Of a DNA stretch of 64,000 nucleotides, positions 25,955 through 37,260 are shown in pieces. A model generated the notes under the pieces. It did not search any database and was not told the origin of the DNA. It saw nothing but the letters and a program-made list of their open reading frames with translations. Position numbers and translations under genes: made by a program. Location: contig NC_086108.1 in the NCBI RefSeq assembly GCF_963921235.1, forward strand, positions 46,378,001 through 46,442,000, in the 5' to 3' direction. Every line of letters begins with the position of its first letter. Within the stretch, counting starts at the first letter, position 1. The stretch is from Mobula hypostoma. Taxonomy: Eukaryota.

Positions 25955-26115
25955 AGTAGATAAGGCTAAGAATAACAATGAAGGACTTGGTTTATAAAGA
26001 AACGTTCTCCACAGAATCATGGTGCAAGTGATAAGTTCTGTTCTATTTCTTTCCCAGTGGATAGCTGCATAGAAAATTGGAGGAAGCAAGAACAAAATTT
26101 TGCAGTACAAAAAAT
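25955..26115 (+). promoter_or_regulatory. Putative promoter / 5'UTR of the second selectin
   Basis: AGATAA 25958, TATAAAG 25993, TGATAA 26029 and AGGAAG 26081 lie just upstream of the ATG|gtaagg exon end. Confidence 0.4.
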
Positions 26116-26118
26116 ATG
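26116..26118 (+). CDS. Selectin start-codon exon end (ATG|gtaagg)
   Basis: ATG immediately followed by a consensus donor. Phase 0 matches the next exon, as in SELP/SELL. Confidence 0.55.
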
Positions 26119-26958
26119 GTAAGGCATTTTTTATTGGAAAAACGCTCATTCATAAAGCACAATATTTTAAAATATATGCATACTGTACACATGGAAGTAC
26201 AAAATAAATGTACTTAAAACACTGCAGCATTGTATAAATATAATTTAGATCTGCATTTCAATATGATAAGATTAGGAATAATATCTTGACATGTAAATCA
26301 CAATGGAGTTGTGTGTTTTATTCGAGTAAAATGCGTAAAAGTGCGAAGCACCTTTCGGGTACTAACCATATATCTGCAGGAATCCCCAGAACTGATTTCT
26401 GGAGTATGTGGCAACAACATTGATATTTATGAGATGAGGAAACAAAAATGCAAACAAATAGAATCAATTATTAAATGTATCGGGCAATATTACACCCACC
26501 CGTCAGCTTTGTTATGTCTAAAACTTAGAAAATATGTGGCAATATTTATACCACATTAAACTTAATACTTTTGTACAGTATTTTTATCTGCAATTTTAAT
26601 GCATGTAGTAGCCCATCTAAACAAAGTTAATATCTTATCCAATGTAGGGAAATTCATGAATTGCGCTGTTTAAGCAGTTATCAGCAGTGCTAATTTCTCA
26701 GTTAATATTTAATTTTAATCTTTCACAGTCATCATGTTCCTTCTATAAATCTTTAACACAAACACTGAGAAAACTGGGCAATACGTTTTCTGTTTTAGAA
26801 CACGCCATAATAACAAATGTAAAAAACATTACAGCAGGAGCTTCAAGCACAAATGTTTCTAAAAGTTTTCTCTGTTCTATAAAGACATGTAGAGGATATT
26901 TTTTAATGCAGGATACTAGATTTTTCTAATTGAATAACGGTGAATTTCCCTTCTACAG

Positions 26959-27049
26959 GTATCTTGCACTGAAACTTACGATTGCCAATGGGGGCATCAA
27001 CAGCCTCAGAGAACAACCCATCATTTCTGGATTCTAGTTTTCATCTACG
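26959..27049 (+). CDS. Selectin signal-peptide exon (VSCTETYDCQWGHQQPQRTTHHFWILVFIY)
   Basis: Acceptor tttcccttctacag and donor G|gtacag. 91 nt, phase 0-1, with a hydrophobic end that joins in frame to [13 protein letters not shown]. Confidence 0.7.
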
Positions 27050-29055
27050 GTACAGTATGATTTCCAGGCCATTACCCCATTGTGACAGTAGTTCTGGCAA
27101 TTGCTTTGCAGTTAGTTTAGGAACCAACTCAATTTATACTTAGACTGTTTTCACTGGAATGAAGACTGGGATGAAATATTGAAGCCTGTCCACAGGTAGC
27201 AACAGCAGTAACAAGGAATTACTGAACACCTTTTCACCGTTGAAATCCTACCGACCACAAAAATAATAAAACTTGCAAAAGTGGATGTGCCGAGATCACA
27301 TTTACCCCTCTAAAACAAAAATTACCTCTAATTATTCCCCAAATCAAAAACATCAGAAGTGGTTACCAAGAGGATTCAATAGCAAAAATTAAAGCTGCTT
27401 TGATTAGTAGTTTGTAAAATATTTCCTTAATGATCTGGGGGATGGTGGGTTGAGGGAGTGTGATTGTAAAAGTCTTGGTTGTCCTGTTGTTAGAATGAGT
27501 GTCCACGTTCGGGTGACTGAAGGACTTTGCATTAACTCTGTTCAGGTCAGGATCTGTTCCTGAGTTCACCAGAATCTACTGGTAGTAGATACAAGTTTTT
27601 GAGCCCCTTGCATTATTCCATGCTTCTGTTTTTCCAAGCTAGCAGATGTACAGGGAAGGAGCTTTGCATTTTAGTTCCTTTCTGGCATTATGGGCAATGC
27701 ATTGTACGTCAGTGTAGTGTGGGTCTGTGCATGTTGAACTATATGCTTAGACTTCCCAATCAATTGCATTTTAGTACACCACTGAGGATATTCAATTTCA
27801 CTGATTCTAAAATGATGGTCTCACATCTCCCCTCTCCCATCTGGCAGAAGATACAAAATCCTGAAAGCATATTCTACCAAGGCTCAAGGACAGCTTCTAT
27901 TCCACTGTTATCAGATTCTTGAATAGACCCCTTGTATGATAAAATGGACTCTTAACCTCACAATCTACCTCATTATGATCTTGCACTTTAATGTTTGCCT
28001 GCCTGGCACCTCTTCGGTAGTTTTTACGTTTTAATCTGCATGAGAGTTCCCCATAATTATATAGTGCTCTGGTGAGTGCTGTGTTCAAGTTTGATCCTTT
28101 ACTTGGAGAATATAGAAAGATATACCTGATAGTTGGGATTACAGGGTTTACAGCAATGAAGTATCAGACTGGTTCTTGAGATGGTGGGTCTCAGCTTAGC
28201 CTACTAGTGAAGGCTAAGATAGTATCATGTAGAATTTGGAAGGAAGAGAGGCGAAGCTTACATAATGACCTGTTGACTCAAGAAACTACCTCCCTTGGCT
28301 AAGGAATCAGAACTAGAGGTCATTGTCTCAAAGGAAAAGACCACTTGGGACCAAAATGAAAAGGAATTTCTTCAGTCAAAGGATGATGAATCTTTGGATT
28401 TCTCTCCCACAGAGGCAGAGGAAAGTTAGTCATTGACGACAATCATAGGATACTGTACATTAAGGCAATTGAGAGATATTGGGATTGGGCAGGAGAATTT
28501 TGTTGAGGTAGAAGTTCATCAAAGATCTTGTTGTAAATGGCAGAGCAAGCTTGAGGGAGAAAAAGGCCTGCTCTTGCTTCTAATTGTAACATTCTTCTGG
28601 CATATTCTAATGCTAATGCTGGAAATCTCAATGCAGTCAAGATCTGGGTTCAAGTTCATGGAATTCTGCTTGAATCAGATTTGCACAGCACAGAAAAGGG
28701 CTCTTCAGCCCACAGATTCCTTGTTGACAATCAAAGACCCAAATACAAAAATCTCATTTCATTCTCCTAACGTATCGATCAACTCCCTCCAGGTTCTAGC
28801 GCTCCCTTACATGCTACAGGCAATCTTTAACCCACACACCTTTGGGATGAGGGAATAAACTGAGTCACTGGGAAGAAACCACAGAGTCAATGATGTAAAT
28901 TCTTCATTGATGGCATCAGAGATCAGGATTGAATCCGGATCACTGACGCTGCGACAGAGCAGCTCTACTAGTCTATAGGGACCATAAAGTCAATTGCACT
29001 TTGTTTATTACCAAACTAGTTCAGGCATCACAAAGAACTATAATTTTCTTCACAG

Positions 29056-29436
29056 AGCTGGTAATTTGGGAAGGAGTTGACACTTGGACATATAACTACT
29101 CAGATACAAACATGACATGGGCAGATGCCAGGGAATACTGCCAAAAATCCTTCACTGACCTGGTTGCAATTCAGAACCAAGAAGAAATTAATCATCTAAA
29201 TCAGGTATTACCAAGAAATCCAACTTACTACTGGATTGGAATAAGGAAGATTGCTGGTGTTTGGACCTGGGTTGGAACAAATATATCACTGGACAAGAAA
29301 GCAGAAAACTGGGCGGAAGGAGAACCAACTTCTGGGGGAGAGGATTGTGTGAAAATCTATATAAAGTGACAAAAAGAAGCAGGAAAATGGAACAATCATA
29401 GCTGCAACAAAATGAAAGTGGCAATTTGCTATTTAG
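29056..29436 (+). CDS. Selectin C-type lectin exon (contains in-frame TGA 29367-29369)
   Basis: [89 protein letters not shown]. 381 nt, phase 1-1. Confidence 0.95.
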
Positions 29437-29580
29437 GTAAGATAAAAATGTTCTCAGAGTTTGGTGAATGTGATGAGTGCTTCCTAAGAATTTAACATCT
29501 GTACAACTCCAAGCACAACTGACATACTCGATGAAAAGTCCTGGAACAGTAAAGTTGTCTTTTCTGATTTCTAAAAATAC

Positions 29581-30406
29581 ATTGAACCCATGAACACCAC
29601 CTCACTCTTAATGATTCAGGAACAGCTTCTTCCCCTCTGCCACCCGATTTCTGTATGGACATTGAACCCATGAACACTACCTCACTCTTAATGATTCAAG
29701 AACAGCTTCTTCCCCTCTGCCACCCGATTTCTGTATGGACATTGAACCCATGAACACTACCTCACTCTTAATGATTCAGGAACAGCTTCTTCCCCTCTGC
29801 CACCCGATTTCTGAATGGACATTGAACCCATGAACACTACCTCACTCTTAATGATTCAGGAACAGCTTCTTCCCCTCTGCCACCCGATTTCTGAATGGAC
29901 ATTGAACCCATGAACACTACCTCACTCTTAATGATTCAGGAACAGCTTCTTCCCCTCTGCCACCCGATTTCTGTATGGACATTGAACCCATGAACACTAC
30001 CTCACTCTTAATGATTCAGGAACAGCTTCTTCCCCTCTGCCACCCGATTTCTGTATGGACATTGAACCCATGAACACTACCTCACTCTTAATGATTCAGG
30101 AACAGCTTCTTCCCCTCTGCCACCCGATTTCTGAATGGACATTGAACCCATGAACACTACCTCACTCTTAATGATTCAGGAACAGCTTCTTTCCCTCTGC
30201 CACCCGATTTCTGAATGGACATTGAACCCATGAACACTACCTCACTCTTAATGATTCAGGAACAGCTTCTTCCCCTCTGCCACCCGATTTCTGAATGGAC
30301 ATTGAACCCATGAACACTACCTCACTCTTAATGATTCAGGAACAGCTTCTTCCCCTCTGCCACCCGATTTCTGAATGGACATTGAACCCATGAACACTAC
30401 CTCACT
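29581..30406 (+). repeat. 80-bp tandem minisatellite (10 full units plus a partial unit) derived from a Rex1 3' end
   Basis: Unit attgaacccatgaacactacctcactcttaatgattcaggaacagcttcttcccctctgccacccgatttctgaatggac starts at 29581, 29661 ... 30381. Homologous single-copy sequence at about 24285-24355. Confidence 0.95.
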
Positions 30407-32189
30407 ACTTCTTTTCTTTATTTCTGTTTATTGCACTTCTTATTTAATTAAACAATTATATATATTCTTTCTGTATTTCATGGTTTCTCTCTATTTTTAT
30501 GCATTGCATTGTACTGCTGTAACAAAGTTAACTAATTTCACAATATATGCCGGTGATTTTAAAACTGATTCGGACGAAGTGGGTATAGAACACTGACAGC
30601 AAACAGATAGAAATTCTACTTAAGAATATTCGCTTCTTGTCTCTTTATAGGGAATGTTGGTCAAGAAGCCAGGTGACTAGAAGTGATTCCATCTTTATAT
30701 TTGCACTATTATTTAATTCATTATATATATGTATACAGTATATATAATTCACAGCTTTTTTCTCTCTATTATTATGTATTCCATTGTACTGCTGCCGCAA
30801 AGGCAACAGATTTTACGACATATGCCAGTGATATTAAACCTGTTTCTGATCCTGATTCTCTTTCCTCATCTCTCTGGGGGCACTAATCTGGACATTTACT
30901 ATCATGAAAAATAAACGAGAGCAACTCAGCAGTCCTTTTTACATACCACTTTACCTGAAAATTTACCTAAAAATTGAATCTACACCTCATGTTATAACAG
31001 ATACCATATTATTGAGACTATCATCTTTGACTAAAAAGTTAGATATTGTCTAAATCTATGAATAAAGCAAATAAATTATTTGAAGTGCTAAGACAGCACA
31101 TTTATAAATATCTATCGGTCTCTGTGGAGCAAGTTAAAATTTTTAAGATAGTGCCTGCTGACAACTTCATCGTGAGGTCTTATTATAATAAAATCACCAT
31201 GAAGCAGGGCTAATCTCTAAGTTCATAATAAATTATCTTCTAAAGCTTATTTACCACAATCTGATTGACTACAGCCTGATTATCAGTTCATTTTCAGTAA
31301 AGTGAGGAAATAGTTAATCATTTTCAACCATTTTGCTTTGTGGTTACTGCACATCATGTCTGAATAGGAGAAATCAATGCTTAATCTTTCTGGAAAAAAT
31401 ATTCTTAAAGTCATTGGTGAGTGAAACCACTGTACATTCAAGAATATGCAAGGGATTTATTTATAAATGAAGTAATCAATCCAGATGTATATCTTTGTTG
31501 CACCCTGCTACGAAGTGAAACCCCTGAGGCAGTTAAATAAACTTGCACATTTCTGAGGGAAGCTTTCTCCGCATTGTTATGAGAGGCCAGTTGGCAGCCG
31601 CCCAGTTGCTGTTAACCTGCATTTTAAGTACCAGTTTACCCTTTCCACAGACTCTGTCCTGGGAGGCAGGGGACTTTGCAAGGTACAGTATCTGGGCAGA
31701 CTAGAACACACCTCATCCATGAAATGCGTGTAAGTGAAACTTTTGACAGCCTACTAAGACCTGCCATAAGCTTTGGTGGCTGTCAGAATCATGAAGGGTT
31801 TTGAATGTTCCAAAGGAAAATTGAAAATATATTTAAAAAGCAATGAAACAAAAAAACCCAATTACCTAATCTAAATAAATTTGGAGGTATGTAAGCTACC
31901 AATCCACCAGTACACTGAACTTACTGCCCCTCTCTATCCTGATTTAACACATCACAGCTTCAGGAGCTGTGAGTTCCTGGTCTATGACTGGACTCTGAGG
32001 CAATGAATGTCAGAACACAAATGGTGAGATCCCTGTTTAGAAGAGACAGTGGGTTCAGCTTGCAGTGATAAATCCTTACAATCTGACGCTACAGTGAACC
32101 TAGCAGATGACATGAATTCCTAAATAGAATAACTGAATATCATGTTGCTGTTACAAAACCTTCCCGGTGAACTGCAGAGGCATCTCATA

Positions 32190-32480
32190 CTGCCAGCCAG
32201 CTTCAGCTGCTTGCTGCAGTTAGTAAAGCTGCTGCCGCAATATGGGTTCAATCCTCACCCTTGGTGCTGTCTGCGAATGTGGGTTCTCTCTTTCTTTCCC
32301 ACATCCCAAGGATTGTGGACTGTGAGCTAATCGGCCACTGTAAATGGCTTCAACTGTGTAGATGGTTGATAGAATCACGATGGAAATACTGGGAAGGGGG
32401 GGGGGGGGTGGCGGAGAATAAAATCGTGATCCCTGTAGGTGGTAGCCTAGAGCGGATGGGCTGAATGGGGCTATCGTCAC
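32190..32480 (+). mobile_element. Degraded tRNA-derived SINE
   Basis: Box-B-like gggttcaatcct, ccacatcccaagga core and CR1-like tail. Confidence 0.55.
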
Positions 32481-32938
32481 AATGACTCCAAAGAATATGG
32501 ACCCCTGCGCACAGACACCAGGAGAGCCAGGGTAGAAAGCAGGAATCCTCACTGTTTTCCTTTTACCTAAATCAATGCAGGAGACGCAGTTGTCACATTC
32601 TTGGGCTTTATGCAGAACTTTCCTCCGTTCCCCAATTTCCAGCCTAACACAATGGTGCCAAAATAAAACAGAGAACTCTGTTCTGTGAATCATAGCAAAT
32701 AAATGCCATCCTTATCCTCCAGCTGGGCATCTAGTACCACGAACCTCCGAAGGAGACACCGGTTTATGCTGTTTTCATTTGGGTATTAAACCAGTTTTGC
32801 TTAAATAAATTCGTTCTTTTGTTTATGTAGCAAAACAAATTCACAACAATCCATTATCAGTCATTTTCACATCCTTAAGCAAATTTTGTAGGTTTATACC
32901 ACATCACTAAAATAGAGGTAATACCAAAATCCAGTATT

Positions 32939-33370
32939 TATGACAAGGATGTTTGGTTCTGGCCCGAGTGCAGAAGGAGAAACGCCGAAGCAGATAAACA
33001 GTTCACCGACTTTTAATAAGAAATGCGCAGAATTAAAAGAATAAAAACAATAAACGCGAGGCCAACAGGGCCTTTAACTAAAACTCTCGGATCGAAAGCT
33101 AACATCGACAATGCGGCTCGGAACCAGTAACTTAATACGAAATAAATACCGCTCCTTTACAGCGTGAATCTAAATGGTAGTCTTCTTTCCCGGAGCAAGG
33201 ACTAAGGTGAGCAGGAAGCGTTGACATTGCTGTGGTTTTGGTCAAGTTTCGACAAGACAGAAACGAAAGGAGGGGAGTTAAATAAAACCACAATGAAACA
33301 CTAATCGACCTCGTTCCGAACACTCCTGCAAGGGCGCACAGACCCCGCGGCAGAGTCCATGGTTGTGACA
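32939..33370. mobile_element. Probable solo LTR (Gypsy-like), CpG-rich
   Basis: tatgacaa...ttgtgaca termini and CpG-rich composition against an AT-rich background. No clear TSD. Confidence 0.4.
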
Positions 33371-33741
33371 AAATGTGTACAAATTTACACTATATCAGCG
33401 GCCGAAGACTTGTCGGTTTTTTTTTCCAGAATTAACTTCTGGATTGATGGGCCGGAGTATTCGCCGGCAGGCTGGTGGCTGGGTGGAGGAGCGATGATGC
33501 TGTCCGGCGGGCAGAGCGGGGCAGCTCACCTCACACTGTAGGGCCGGGGCGTTGTGCACCCGGGCAGGCTGTGGGAGGCTGAGATCGCTGGCGCCGCGGC
33601 TGTCCTCGAAAGGTAGAACACTTAAGGTGCTGTGCTAGAGGACCAGCGTGTCTGGCTGATGTAAACGACGATAATGTGAGGAAAATCATGTAAATATTTT
33701 AGTGAGCGATCATTCTGAGACTGTGTTGCTTTTTTCGATAG

Positions 33742-33849
33742 CCTCGTGCAAGCCTAACTCCTGTAATAATCGAGGAGAATGTGTGGAAACTGTCGGATAT
33801 TACAAATGCCGTTGCGACGAAGGGTTCTACGGTTTGCGGTGTGAATTGG
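33742..33849 (+). CDS. Selectin EGF exon (ASCKPNSCNNRGECVETVGYYKCRCDEGFYGLRCEL)
   Basis: 108 nt, phase 1-1, six Cys. Matches the selectin EGF consensus. Confidence 0.93.
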
Positions 33850-34578
33850 GTGAGTTGTTGAACAGGTGAACATTGTTGAATCTCACTCTAGCTATTGCGT
33901 TCAACATTCTGAGGCCTCGAGGGAATCAGACAGTGTGACCCGGGTTCCCTCGAGTTGGAGCTCCAGGTGGACGGCCAAGAGGGAGTGAAGACTGAAGACT
34001 GATGTAAAAGAAATAATGGGATACAGAGGAGGATTATTTACCTGATAGAGTTCAGATATCGGGATGATTTCCGTCAGCAACTCAGCCGAACAACAATGAG
34101 AAGACTAAATTAGATGCTCGTGGATCGGGGAGGTCAGGGTGAGGAGTAAAAACATCGACTGCTAACATTTATGGAAAACAGACCTCTGGAAGCTGATTAG
34201 AAGAGGGTCGGCCAAATCAAATTTGGAATGTGGCAGTGAGGTCATTGGCCAGGTTTTATCAGGAGGGTGGTACCACTTAGACAGTCTTTGTGTTGGAATT
34301 GGGAGGTAATCCAATGATGAAACAGCGCGTTCAGGTTATGAATGGTCAGTTTGGTTCTTTGACAGTGAGCAAAACTCTCTAAAACATCTCAAGGCTTATG
34401 GCTCCAGTCATCATTGTAGATCTTGAAATCTATGCTTGTCTGGATAAAAATTGTTGATCTGTCCTTGAATAAGATATTAATCTGAATACTTAGATGTTAG
34501 ATCACAGCAATTTTTTTATCATTGACTTTTATTATTTCATTCCATAACTGATATATTATTGCCATATTTCCTGGCCAG

Positions 34579-34764
34579 TTAAGCAATGTGACACTTTGAG
34601 TGCTCCTGTCCAAGCAAAAATGCTGTGCAACCACCCTCTTGGAAACTTCAGCTTCAACTCCACCTGTGACTTCCACTGCATTCCAGGGTTCACACTGCAA
34701 GGGTCACAGAGTCTCCAGTGCACGGCGGCAGGACAGTGGACAGCAGAGACACCCAGCTGTGAAG
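34579..34764 (+). CDS. Selectin sushi/SCR exon 1
   Basis: 186 nt. VKQCDTL..MLCNHPLGNFSFNSTCDFHCIPGFTLQGSQSLQCTAAGQWTAETPSCE has the six-Cys selectin SCR pattern. Confidence 0.93.
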
Positions 34765-34874
34765 GTAAAAGATCAAGAATGATCCACCATCAGCAACTTA
34801 GACAACCGAGTAAAGAAGAAAGATGCACATTACTCATTCCGTTTGGGTCAGCTTCCTTCATGCTTGTGTTTCAG

Positions 34875-35060
34875 CTGTAAAGTGTGGAAAACTGGAGATT
34901 CCCGAGAAAGGATACATGAACTGCTCTCACCCCCTCAGCGATTTCAGTTACAAGTCAGTGTGTACGTTAAACTGTGATAAAGGATTTCATCTTGGTGGAT
35001 CAGATAGCATTCAGTGTGGAACATCTGGACAATGGAATGGGCGGAAACCCACCTGTGAAG
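34875..35060 (+). CDS. Selectin sushi/SCR exon 2
   Basis: 186 nt. AVKCGKLEIPEKGYMNCSHPLSDFSYKSVCTLNCDKGFHLGGSDSIQCGTSGQWNGRKPTCE. Confidence 0.93.
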
Positions 35061-35165
35061 GTACAATTAGATGAAGTAGAAGTAAATTTTTTTAAATGTG
35101 TATAGAAAATTGTACAATTTTATTAGCTTGACTAAACGTGTGCTCAGTTGAAATGTATTCTTCAG

Positions 35166-35351
35166 CTATGCAGTATACAGATCTGGAGTTTCGTGGACAA
35201 GGAATCAGGAATTGCACACATTCAACTGGAGAATTCAATGATAGCTTAACATGTAACCTTTGTAGCAGTGCAAGATCTGAGCTTTGTGAACCAGGCACAC
35301 AGGAGACCGGAGCTGTGGGAAATTGGACAACACAGTCCCCCACCACTAAAC
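35166..35351 (+). pseudogene. Degenerate third sushi exon (open frame, Cys pattern lost)
   Basis: 186 nt between ttcag and a weak gtacac donor. Translates AMQYTDLEFRGQGIRNCTHSTGEFNDSLTCNLCSSARSELCEPGTQETGAVGNWTTQSPTTK. Confidence 0.7.
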
Positions 35352-35449
35352 GTACACAAAATTAGGATAACATCTAGAGTTTGTGAAGGCAGAGGTTATC
35401 CATTATGTTAATTTAGCCAGCTGTATTGTATACATCTTTAACTATACAA

Positions 35450-36030
35450 TGGATGCCTGGACTGGTCAGGGTTGACCATGGAAGTTACATCCTAGCTGTC
35501 AATGTTTGATATGCATGCCTGTACACAGGCCAGGGCAGTACGATATGGAGAGGAAGCTGTTGCCCATGCAGCAGTTTTCCCCTCTCCACACATCTGATGA
35601 ATCCAAAGGAACAGCAGAGACCGATATAGCTTGGCTTCAGCGCCGTCACAGGAGCTGTCTGTCAGCATTGAACTCAGTGTAGGACTGCCTAAGGACTCCA
35701 GCTCTGGAGTTTTCCTAAGGATTTACTCCCAAAGCCTTCACCATAAATGGGTATAGCTGCAAGGCAGCTGAGGTTTGAAATCAGAGTTTTCCTTCAGAGA
35801 TGAGCTGCCAGCCACGACTGATGAGCCCCATCCGCCCGGTGACTAGTTTTAAGGCACCAGTAACTCGCTTTGCCCCTTCTCCTGTTAGTAGAAACAGTTC
35901 CACTGAGCTTAGTAGCTAAGCCATAACTGAAGGTGAAGAGCTGGACTTGGTCGTCAGAGGCTATTTGAGATGCACACCATTGGGAGCATGCATTATCCCA
36001 CTACCACCCCCAGCTATAACAACCTTAAGG
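35450..36030 (-). mobile_element. Non-autonomous RTE-derived element (5'UTR plus 3' end)
   Basis: Minus strand ggcagctcatctctgaaggaaaactctgatttcaaacctc resembles the conserved RTE 5'UTR motif. No ORF. Confidence 0.45.
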
Positions 36031-37140
36031 TCCCAAGTGTACAAAACATTCTAAGATAAAAACAAATTGGCAAAAATACTCAGGGTACTGATGAAAAGTT
36101 ACTGACCCAAAAATATCAACTCAGTTTTTCTTTCTCCACAAGTTTGGTCTTACTTGCTGGATATTTCAAACATCTTGTTTTTTATTTTGAGATTATCAGC
36201 ATCATCAGAATTTTGCCCTTGCATTATATTTCAGAATGTACATTTCTGTTTTAAAATGTGAAATAGTAACTTTTCCCACAGATTGAAGGGCTGGAAAATA
36301 ATTTGTTTGCACGAGTTGGTCTCCCTCTATAGAACCCACTTGACATTTACTTTGTTGTGGTAATGCTAAGACACAACAGTGCCACAGTTGGGGGATTTGT
36401 TCTGAGGCATTTCACTTGAGAGAACTCAGTACTAACCCTGTAGAAAGTGATCCAGCCCAGATCATGTAAGGAATTATGAAACTACATCCTTGAAATTAAT
36501 CAAAGTGATTGACATTAGACTGAGCTGCTAACCCTATACTATTAAAAATCCACCAAACTTTCAAGAGTAGTTCAGAAGAGAAGACTGGAGCTCAGCAAGT
36601 AATTTAGAAACTAGATAAATAAAAGTCACAGTATATTACAAAGGCACTACTTGAAATGGGGAAGTGACGTGACTACTGTGATACTTGGTTTCAAAGTCTT
36701 CAACTACAAGAAATGATTTCACAAGTGGTACAAGTCAAATTGCCTTGATGTAAGGGAACAAAGTACAAAGAATTTCAAAGGTAGTCAGGAGAGTCATGTT
36801 AAACCTTTGTGACCAGAACCATGATAATGACCAACTATTAGACTCATTGGTTAAATCATGGTGGAGTCACTTGGTTGGCAAAGTCTTGTCAATCTTGGCC
36901 AGTGCAAGCATACAACATAAAATCAACCTTATTGCTGTACATTTCACTGTCTCTAGGAGTCCAAGATGAAGAAGCTTAAATCCTATGGACAAATCTCAGT
37001 ATTAGTACCTGTTATTAATTAATAATGTACAGGTTATTAATTATTTCAGTTCAATGAAGTGGGCTTATCTGTATGCTATGCGTGATGTTGCATTTTCCTG
37101 TGTTCATTCATTCTGTAGTTTTAACACTTTGTTTTGACAG

Positions 37141-37260
37141 TTCATATCTTTAACAAAATGTGGGAACCACAAAAGGCCACAGTAGCAACTGTGGGAACAG
37201 CATTCACACTGCTGCTTCTGTCATTTGTAGTCTGGGGTATTATACGTCGTTATAGAAAAG
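37141..37260 (+). CDS. Selectin transmembrane exon (HIFNKMWEPQKATVATVGTAFTLLLLSFVVWGIIRRYRK)
   Basis: Acceptor tttgttttgacag and donor G|gtaaga. 120 nt, phase 1-1. Hydrophobic helix followed by a basic stop-transfer segment. Confidence 0.85.

Noticed and set aside
29367..29369. Selenocysteine recoding of the in-frame TGA
   Set aside because: The position aligns to Arg/Ser rather than Cys in selectins, and no SECIS was recognised by eye in the 3'UTR. A SECISearch run would settle it.
29581..30406. CRISPR-like array
   Set aside because: The units are identical end to end with no unique spacers, there are no cas genes, and the unit is LINE-derived in a vertebrate genome.
31651..31682. 32-nt exon-like segment (ctttccacag...caag|gtacag) in the selectin intron
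   Set aside because: It would shift the frame and has no selectin homology, and the lectin and EGF exons join directly in the correct phase.
35815..35850. Hammerhead in the RTE-like element (ctgatgagcccc...)
   Set aside because: CUGAUGA is present but there is no downstream GAAA core or closing stems, and it is on the strand opposite to the element.
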